From the NCBI RefSeq assembly GCF_001194135.2, contig NC_068981.1, positions 152,597,398-152,661,397 on the forward strand: 64,000 bases of DNA, in the 5' to 3' direction. This stretch comes from Octopus bimaculoides (taxonomy: Eukaryota). Numbering within the stretch: the first letter of the stretch is position 1; each line of letters starts with the position of its first letter. Made by a program: the position numbers and the translations under genes. This document shows positions 54,405 through 64,000 of this stretch, one piece after another. Under the pieces are notes generated by a model. That model saw only the letters and a program-made list of their open reading frames with translations, had not been told where the DNA came from and ran no database searches.

Positions 54405-55204
54405 NNNNNNNNNNNNNNNNNNNNNNNNNNNNNNNNNNNNNNNNNNNNNNNNNNNNNNNNNNNNNNNNNNNNNNNNNNNNNNNNNNNNNNNNNNNNNNNN
54501 NNNNNNNNNNNNNNNNNNNNNNNNNNNNNNNNNNNNNNNNNNNNNNNNNNNNNNNNNNNNNNNNNNNNNNNNNNNNNNNNNNNNNNNNNNNNNNNNNNNN
54601 NNNNNNNNNNNNNNNNNNNNNNNNNNNNNNNNNNNNNNNNNNNNNNNNNNNNNNNNNNNNNNNNNNNNNNNNNNNNNNNNNNNNNNNNNNNNNNNNNNNN
54701 NNNNNNNNNNNNNNNNNNNNNNNNNNNNNNNNNNNNNNNNNNNNNNNNNNNNNNNNNNNNNNNNNNNNNNNNNNNNNNNNNNNNNNNNNNNNNNNNNNNN
54801 NNNNNNNNNNNNNNNNNNNNNNNNNNNNNNNNNNNNNNNNNNNNNNNNNNNNNNNNNNNNNNNNNNNNNNNNNNNNNNNNNNNNNNNNNNNNNNNNNNNN
54901 NNNNNNNNNNNNNNNNNNNNNNNNNNNNNNNNNNNNNNNNNNNNNNNNNNNNNNNNNNNNNNNNNNNNNNNNNNNNNNNNNNNNNNNNNNNNNNNNNNNN
55001 NNNNNNNNNNNNNNNNNNNNNNNNNNNNNNNNNNNNNNNNNNNNNNNNNNNNNNNNNNNNNNNNNNNNNNNNNNNNNNNNNNNNNNNNNNNNNNNNNNNN
55101 NNNNNNNNNNNNNNNNNNNNNNNNNNNNNNNNNNNNNNNNNNNNNNNNNNNNNNNNNNNNNNNNNNNNNNNNNNNNNNNNNNNNNNNNNNNNNNNNNNNN
55201 NNNN

Positions 55205-55242
<38 letters not shown>

Positions 55243-55269
55243 CAGTTGAGTGTGGTAAGCCTTATACTG

Positions 55270-55800
55270 ATTTCGGTGAGAAAAAAGAACCGATAGGGGT
55301 GCTCGAATGCTTATATCTATGGTGCAGTCGGCCAGCATTGTAGGACAAATCTGCATTCACAAGGACAGGATCGGAAAATTCTACTCTTACAGTTAAGGCA
55401 ATGAAAGGGTGGAGATAGTTCTTTAGTATGATCCTTTTCGCGGCTAAGCAGGGCCTGCCTCTCCTACAATTGTTATCGTAAGGTTGGCACTTTTCCAATA
55501 TCCTCCACTTGAGGTCGTAAATACGCAACATTTTTCCTCAACAACCATATATGCTTCGCTAGAGATGTAACGTTCCCCCTCTCTTGGATGGTAAAAAGGA
55601 GGATTTGTGGTTGTTGAGTCTGGCTGTAAAGGGATCTTCTGTCGCACCCATATATTTTCACACGTCCGTCACTCCATGTGGATCCTTTGATATCATCGCA
55701 ACCTCATACAGGACGGTTTCTACATTGCAATGGCCGTTAAGTGGATATACAGTGTTATCCCTGGATCGGCAGCCTCCCCCTATTTTAGATTTGAGCCTAC
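55270..55800 (-). mobile_element. Penelope-like GIY-YIG C-terminal fragment
   Basis: Frameshifted NVETVLYEV...KYMGATED.F..RLNNHKSSF...SLAKHIW.L...WRILEKCQPY...CL..K.II. Confidence 0.7.
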
Positions 55801-57459
55801 TTGTTAATATTTTCTTCTAAGAGGGACCCTCAAGCTGTGCTTATTAAATATTTTTTATACTAATGTGTTTGGGAAAAGAGTTTATGGACTAAATTAAGAC
55901 AGATACTGCTTACACAATTCTTTCGTTCAGAGAAAATGGGGTTGTAGACTATATGACTTGACGGTGGGATTTTCTCTTGGAGAGGTCAGGGTCGAGTACC
56001 TCAGAAAGTGGTGTTACCCTGTTGATGCTCCCTTGATAGTATTATTTACTTATAGCATTGTTTATTGGTTTATTAGATACCCTGGAATAGTGTAACCCTA
56101 CAATAATCAAGAAATGTTCATGGTGCTGTTTCGAATTTTGTATACATAATATAGTGGACAAAATAAACTGTATCGATTGAAAGGGAATAGGGAACGATTA
56201 ATCGTTAATAATCGGTAAAAGATATCAATAATTGATAATAAAGGGTATTCGTAAAATGCAGTTGATTTATTTTAATAGTTCTGTTTTTTGTTTTTAAAAC
56301 TTATTTATACGAACGTTTCATGGCAGAAAATAAAATAGAAATAAAACTTACGAAATCAATTTTGGTATAAAACATGAGCGCGCGCGTACTCACACACACA
56401 CACAGCTATACAAACCGCATTTAGGTACACATACATGCACTATGACAGTACCATCATTTCACTTTCAGTTGGTGCACTTAGATTCTTATTGTCCGTCATA
56501 TTCTATTACATAAGCCCGAATGGTTGCTCAGTTTATTCTACCCACCATTATTATTTGGAATATACATTAACAAAAGGTTCAAATACGAACACTCTAAAAC
56601 GAACTACTCGTATCATAGAACCAGTGTCTCATTATTGCTAAGTTGATATTTGGAATATACGCTAACAAACGATTCTCTCTCACGCGTTGACGTCAAGACA
56701 AATAAAACAGTTCTATATTTAAGAGATGCCGAATTATGTACATTATTTACATTATTTGCATTATTTACACTCGACGGAAGAAGGCTGGAGGGTATATCAA
56801 CCGAAACGTTGTGCTAACAACAAACAAGATGAGGACAAATATCCGTCGAATGTAAATAATGTAAAAACAAATAAACTTCCTCATTTTCACTATCGTAATA
56901 TCATCAATATCATTAAAAAGGATGATGACACATTATTTCCGATTAAGTGTTAAATACTTGTTTTCTCTTCTTAGATACAAAAGTTCATGTTTAGTTCTGA
57001 CTGTGTGGCAAGAAATTTTGCTTCCCAACCGCCTGGTTCTGTGCTCAGTCTCATGGAGAAGCACTCTGGACGAACGTCTTCTATAGAGCCTCAAGACGTC
57101 CTAAGCCTCGTAAATAGATTTCGTAGACAGAAACTGAAAAAAACCCGTAGTGTGTATATATATATTTAATTTTCAAGGAAAGATCCGTAGAAATAGTTAC
57201 TAGAGTAGCCAAATGTCACATAAACACTTTTAAGGTATTAGTAACCACACGTATATATATATAAACATGTAATTATGTGTGTGTGAGTTTGTCCTTCACC
57301 ATTGCTTGACAATCAGTATTGGCGTGTTTACGTCTTCGAAACTTAGCAGTTCAGCAAAAGAGTACCAGGCTTTGAAAAAATAAGTACTGAGGCTGATTTA
57401 TTTGTCTGAAATTCTTCAAGACAGTGCCTCAACATTGACGCAGACTGAAACAAGTAAAG

Positions 57460-57502
<43 letters not shown>

Positions 57503-58499
57503 NNNNNNNNNNNNNNNNNNNNNNNNNNNNNNNNNNNNNNNNNNNNNNNNNNNNNNNNNNNNNNNNNNNNNNNNNNNNNNNNNNNNNNNNNNNNNNNNNN
57601 NNNNNNNNNNNNNNNNNNNNNNNNNNNNNNNNNNNNNNNNNNNNNNNNNNNNNNNNNNNNNNNNNNNNNNNNNNNNNNNNNNNNNNNNNNNNNNNNNNNN
57701 NNNNNNNNNNNNNNNNNNNNNNNNNNNNNNNNNNNNNNNNNNNNNNNNNNNNNNNNNNNNNNNNNNNNNNNNNNNNNNNNNNNNNNNNNNNNNNNNNNNN
57801 NNNNNNNNNNNNNNNNNNNNNNNNNNNNNNNNNNNNNNNNNNNNNNNNNNNNNNNNNNNNNNNNNNNNNNNNNNNNNNNNNNNNNNNNNNNNNNNNNNNN
57901 NNNNNNNNNNNNNNNNNNNNNNNNNNNNNNNNNNNNNNNNNNNNNNNNNNNNNNNNNNNNNNNNNNNNTTTTTAGTGTACTAAATCTACTAAACCCATTG
58001 GCATCTCTCGGTGTTGAGCATTTGATTCTATAAAATCAAGTATCTGTGATCTCAGATGGCAGTATAAGTGTTTTTGAACTCAAAGAACGGGGACATGAGA
58101 ACTGCAGCGCAATAGGAAGTTTATTAATACTTATATTAACAGTATCAATTCAGTGAGCTTTCATCAAGTGACATAAACTTTTTACTTGATTATATTCTGT
58201 TTTCTATGAAATATACTATTTCTATGAGAAAAACAAGGTTTTATAAATGAGCCGACGACCTGGTAGAAATAGTAGCTAAATTTCTCTCTCAAACTACACT
58301 TGATAATCTTAGAAAAACATCCATGTATAAATGTAGTCAGAAGCGCATTAATGTTACTCCACCCACCAAAAAACAAACAAAAAAAAACAAACAAACAAAT
58401 AAATAAACAAACAAAAACGGGATGATTATAGCTGGGATGTTTTTTATCATAGGTTTGTTGAGTCAGGGCCGGTCAAAGGCTAAAGAAGACGAAGAAAGC

Positions 58500-58614
58500 G
58501 AAGCAAAAGACGACGACGACGTCGACGACGACGACGACGAAGAAGAAGAAGAAGAAGAAGAAGAAGAAGAAGAAGAAGAAGAAGAAGAAGAAGAAGAAGA
58601 AGAAGAAGAAGAAG

Positions 58615-58651
<37 letters not shown>

Positions 58652-58705
58652 ACGACGACGACGACGACAACAACAACAACAACAACAACACCAAAAACAA
58701 CAAAC
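58500..58705 (+). repeat. Compound trinucleotide microsatellite (GAC)n(GAA)n(CAA)n(GAC)n(CAA)n
   Basis: Read directly from the sequence. Confidence 0.95.
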
Positions 58706-59789
58706 AGTATGATTATACAATCACTTCAATGACTGAAACAAAGTAAAAGATACAATCTCATTATTTTGGTTGTACGCAACATACAAAGTTATTCTTTTTT
58801 TGTTTCTGAAATTTTCCATTTTAAAGGTAATTTATGTATACGCCTGTGCTTATACATTTATAGTTTTAATTAGCATTTAACTATTCATTGTTCATGCAGA
58901 AGGCACCCCTGAGAAATTCATCTATGTCGTTAAGAAATATAACCCTTCTCTTAAATATATTCTTTATACATACGCCATGATGATAAGAGTATCATCATGT
59001 AGCTGGTAATATCACTGTAGCTGGTAATATAGATATGTTGGAGTATCCTGTAATATATTTCAAGTTTGTATTTTGTTTTTAATGTACCCTAAAATTTCCT
59101 TAAGGAGACAATATTGTACTCCTTTCGTTCAGCTTATGTATGCGCAACCAGACAAGGTGTAGCCAGAACTATGCTATACAGAAAAAAAAAAATAGTGTGT
59201 AACTTGAGAGAGATTCGACAGCTGTTTCTAGAGGATTAATCAACTGAAGAAAAGTTCCCTCCGTTGAGGAAGGCGATTGAGACTGATATCGTAGAACATC
59301 TGATTAAATATTTAATACGATGTAGTTTCTCCAGATTATGCCTGATTTGAAATCCTACTGGAGTCGTTTTTTAGCTCTTCGTATTTTCGAAATCAATTGA
59401 ATATATTAACTTTGTTTCTTCCCTAAAGGTATACCTAGATGGAATCTAACATACTTAATGTAGGGAGCAAAGAAAGAAGTTTTAATCAATTGGCAGAATG
59501 AGAAGAATGTAAAAGGTTGATAGTAACAATAGAGACATTAATCTCTCTCTCACATTTTAACAAAATTATTCATTAGGAAACAGTAGAACAATTAACAACA
59601 TAATAAAAATAAGTTTTATTTTGGTGATGCTTGGCTTTACAAATCCTGTGTCATACAGCCTGGTAGACGCTGGTTAACCTGTAATCAGCATCTTGAGATT
59701 AAGAGCTTCGTTGAGGAGCAAGTTGTTGTCACATAGAAGGCACCATGCTAAAGAGGCTTAGAAAACGTGCGAAGCGCTTTAAATACTGG

Positions 59790-59895
59790 TTTACTACGCA
59801 TGCGCACTCGAGGGGCTTCCGGGAAGGCAAGTCCCTTGCGCATGCGTAGATTGAACTTCCTTAATGGCGGCCATAATTTCGCGCCACTACAAGAA
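59790..59895. promoter_or_regulatory. CpG-rich housekeeping-type promoter element, possibly bidirectional
   Basis: Two NRF1/ewg sites (GCGCATGCG) in inverted orientation at 59794-59806 and 59837-59849. CTTCCGGGAAG at 59816-59826. AATGGCGGCCAT (YY1 core on both strands) at 59863-59874. ACTACAA near 59886. Confidence 0.65.
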
Positions 59896-60625
59896 TAACC
59901 ATTAGTATTTATGAGAGTTCTCGTGGACTGAGATAGAAGAAAAAACCTGAAAATATTTTTAATTAAAACTTGAATGGAGAAATGCAGTGGGGGCTGAGTT
60001 TGATATTTGGTTCAGGCAGTAGCATTCTCGGATACGTTTCGGTCTTATTATACCTCCTCAGCAAAGCATTACCTAGAGGATACTTATCAGGCATTAAAAT
60101 GACTGAGAACATAGCAATTTTGGCGTAAAACATTCACAGATGAAGTAGTTTAAATAATGATAGTTGTCTCTTGTATTTTTTACATTAAGTGGTGATTAAC
60201 ATAGCGGTCAACTCATTGCTTTAAATCAATTTTTAATCAATAAAACACACACACACACACACACGCACAAAATTGTTTTGTAGTATCTAGTGACAAGCAA
60301 CGTAGAGTAGCAGGACTTTCTTATTGTGGTGAGCCCAATTTCATTGTGAATCGCTTTCAAAAGTTACACGTGACAAGGATTTAATTGTTCTCATATTACT
60401 AATGCCCTCGAAAAAGATATAAAATTTATCTTCTATCGCGTCTATAAATCTGAGGCTTTGTGGCTATTAAAAATAAATTTGTATTCTAAAATATCAGTAG
60501 GATCTGTTATTGTTGTGAAGCATAATCTATCCGTGAGACGATATTTGATGTTATTCCTCTGGTTTCTTTTAAAAAAGCAATCTATTACAGTTATTTGTAA
60601 TCTATCTATCGGTCTGTCTGTCTGT

Positions 60626-60679
<54 letters not shown>

Positions 60680-60683
60680 GTCA

Positions 60684-60719
<36 letters not shown>

Positions 60720-61282
60720 GTATGTATGTATGTCTACACCAGCGCAGCCACACACACTCCACCTCACCCTCTCTCCATCTCACGCATGCTCACACGCACG
60801 CGCACACACGCACGCACGCTCACACACATGAATGTACTTATATCTTCACTCACTCTCTCTCTCTCTCTCTCTCTCTTTCACACACACACTTAACACATAC
60901 ACCTGCACATATACACGCACGTACATACACTTCCACACATACACGCGCGCGCACATAGACACACATCTCCACACGCTCACACGTAGACACACACATATAT
61001 ATACAGAGGGAGAGCGACAGAGTAACACAGACTCACACACACGCACCCATACACATGTGCACACGCATACACATTCCCACTCTGTCTACGTACATATGCC
61101 AATACACACGCATACACACTATCACGCACACACACACGCAGTTCCTGCCACACACAAACACACATGTGCTACCGTATCTACACACGCCCCCCCCCCCACG
61201 CAAACACATACCGACCATTTTTACACTCTTCTGTCCCAAAAAGCACTTTCTCTTTGTCCTTCTACTTCCGGTCACTTCAAAA

Positions 61283-61375
61283 ATGCGACCGCACGTAGAT
61301 TATTGGCGATTTTTTTCCTGCTTCCTTTGGACTTTGCTGTTTTTCCTGCTCCCAAAGAAGAGCTATGCTCGAAAC
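61283..61375 (+). CDS. Candidate first coding exon with signal peptide of an unidentified secreted or membrane protein: MRPHVDYWRFFSCFLWTLLFFLLPKKSYARN
   Basis: CAAAAATG context just after an ETS site ACTTCCGGT (61264-61272). Basic n-region, hydrophobic h-region, S-Y-A cleavage-like site, then AAC|GTAAAA donor. CpG retained locally. Confidence 0.45.
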
Positions 61376-61531
61376 GTAAAACAACTACTCTTTTCCTTCT
61401 CCGAGCGTCATATTAATACTTTGCTACGTTCTCACGTTTTTTTACTTCTTCCCCTGTTTCTTTCTCTGTTTTTTTTTTAATTAACTATGTATATACAGAA
61501 AAGATCCATCCATCCATCCATCCATCCATCC

Positions 61532-61572
<41 letters not shown>

Positions 61573-61929
61573 TGTATATGTATATGTATAAAACAACAGG
61601 ATTTCATGTCGGCAGATGTAAGAGTGAATTTCTAGAGCGACACAGAATAGATTTGCAACTTTCAGGATATTTCTACTGCATTGGGTTCGAATATTACAAA
61701 GCTGTTACCAAGCTATGAGACACGAATGTAATTCTACTTCAACCAAGTCTAAGTCATCCGTTCACTATGCTTCCTCTATGATCACTACTTCCTAAAGTAC
61801 CCTTGCCTATCATCCAATACAACACCTGTACATTCATCAGATGTACGCTGTGTAACCACTTATCTGCTACAGTTGCTACTATATACACTAGTTCATCTTC
61901 TAAAACTCTGCTTATCTCATGCATTGCAT

Positions 61930-62400
61930 ATGTCCATCCAGACCATAGTTAACAATTATGACTGAATTCATGAATCAAATTTCGCCAGCTAGAGCGATCA
62001 TCAACTAGTTGATACCATTCGTGTGTGGGGATAGACAGGTATTTCAGGTTCCGCTTGACAGTGTCCTTGAGTTTCAGTATAGACTTACCAATGTTTCGAT
62101 AGCTATCTGCCAGTTTCGAGAACATGATCTTCTTTGGGAGTCTCTCATCGCCAAGTCTTGTTATGTGATCTGTCCAACGGAGATTTCTTTGTATCAAGAG
62201 TTAGTGCATAGTTTGAAATCCAGTCTTCCTGAGGACTTCGGAGTTTCAGATATGTTGCCGTCATTTATGTTCATGATAGCTCTCAAATGTCGCATATATT
62301 CACTATATACAATTTCAAATGGTAATGATCTAAATGTTTCCACTGGGAAGAATAATGTCTTAAATCTTTTATCGAAGCTATATTTGACCTTTCGGAGTTA
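61930..62400 (-). mobile_element. RTE (BovB-like) LINE 3' fragment
   Basis: QRNLRWTDHITRLGDERLPKKIMFSKL...LKDTVKRNL...DRSSWR. Confidence 0.8.
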
Positions 62401-62799
62401 TACGTGATGTTGGTGAATTGAAACTGGAGCAACTACACCGTGGAAGAGTCGTTCTCGCTATTTAATAACAAACAGCAGTAAAATACACTTTAAGTATGTT
62501 ACATGAGTTGCAGCAGAGATGTGTTTGTAATCAGGTCGCAGTCGTGCAACGAAAATTTTGATACTTCATTAAATAAGTTTAAATTTATAGTGAACTTAAT
62601 ATCTTTGCGGCATTAAATGGCTAGAATGGTTTTTTCACGATATTTTGTTGGTTATTTCTTTTATAAATATTTAATTCAATCGTTATTTTGTGGGTTTGAA
62701 AAATTGATTTGATTTCGATAAATTATTTCTTCTTACGCTTATACCGCATTCACATACAGGCATTCATCCAACCACTCATCCATCCATCCATCCATCCAT

Positions 62800-62846
<47 letters not shown>

Positions 62847-63766
62847 TACATACATACATACATGCATTCGTACCTACATGCATTCGTACCTACATGCATT
62901 CGTAAAGACATGTATATGGTTAGCAACCTTCTGAATTTCAAATACAACTTTCTGTTGTTCCTTCAGTTATACTTTAGTTATTTGAATATTTCTACAATAT
63001 TTATTTTCCGTGCATTCCTACATCAAAGACGATTGAGCTAAAAAGATCTCCATTTTGGGTGAATCCAAATCTCTTACCTTTTCTGATTTATGGATCCGCC
63101 AAAGGGAAAAACTCTGCAACTCGCGTAAAAATAAATTGCTCTTCTCGCGACTGAATGCAAATCAGGAATCATTCTCCAAGGAAATATTATAATTCCTTAT
63201 GTTTATTTTGTGAGTGTTTAGAACAAAGTGGAATACAACATTATAGAGTTACACTTTATCATCTTAACTTCAATGAGTGCAGGCAACTTCTCTAGCTGTT
63301 GCTGATTTCATAAGTACAGTTGTCATTCATAAATGAAGCTGGCTTTTACAAGTGCAGCTGCCTTTGCGGCTGACTTCTACAAATGTTGTTGACATTCATA
63401 AGCAAAGGTCTCATAATGGCAGTTAGTGCAACCAATACAGAAAGCTGACTTTAATACGTGTAGTTAAGTTGTACAAACGCAGTAGACTTTTTCAAGTGCA
63501 GATGGCATGAATATGTGCTTCAGACTTTATAAGTGCAGCAGTTTATAACAAGTGTAACTGACTTATAAAACAGCCAACTTTTACAGGTGCAGACGACTTC
63601 TACAACATGCGCAGTGGAATTTCACATCTACTATTGACTTTGATAGCATGGGAAGCAAATTTTCACCACAAAGTGATTGGCTTCTGCAAAATGTGCAGTA
63701 GACTTTCACAGTTATATCAGCTCAAGAAGGCAAACTGCGACAGATAGACAGACAGACAGATAGACA

Positions 63767-63811
<45 letters not shown>

Positions 63812-64000
63812 ACACACAAAATTTAGTTTCATTGTTACCGTTAATATCCACCTTTTTAGAAACAGCAACATATATTTAAGTATATGTGATTATTTTAGAT
63901 ACAAATTTATTTTTAGTCCTCTAAATATAACTTTGAATATCATATTTAATTCCCATGTCTTTCGCTTTGAAAACTTCATCTTTATACCAACCCTAATATT

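Noticed and set aside
58422-58720. Poly-D/E/Q, poly-S/C and poly-F/L ORFs
   Set aside because: Compound trinucleotide microsatellite with no supporting unique coding flanks.
1-64000. CRISPR arrays, rRNA, prokaryotic operons
   Set aside because: None seen. All regular repeats are microsatellites, TE parts or the segmental duplication.

Overview
Eukaryotic, AT-rich, repeat-dense genomic DNA with many N gaps. The SINE families resemble those I know from octopods, so it is probably an Octopus scaffold (inference). Most track ORFs are microsatellite or gap artefacts. By hand I assembled the 5' part of a minus-strand Polycomb-like gene (Pcl; MTF2/PHF1/PHF19 family) from seven in-phase coding exons: 13496-13993, 10529-10610, 8322-8414, 3634-3734, 2389-2419, 1811-1851 and 494-570. 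They encode a low-complexity N-terminus, Tudor, PHD1 and the start of PHD2, and the gene runs off the left edge. Its likely promoter and 5'UTR exons lie at about 26.5-28.2 kb. The promoter and upstream-intron region (about 19-29 kb) is duplicated in direct orientation at about 41.7-47.2 kb without coding exons. Near the right end are a palindromic NRF1/STAT-ETS/YY1 promoter-like element (59.8 kb) and a candidate signal-peptide first exon of a plus-strand gene (61.3 kb). The rest is decayed mariner, hAT, RTE and Penelope-like elements, MITEs, SINEs and microsatellites. I found no rRNA, genuine tRNA or CRISPR array, and no clearly novel protein system. The most interesting signals are regulatory and structural.
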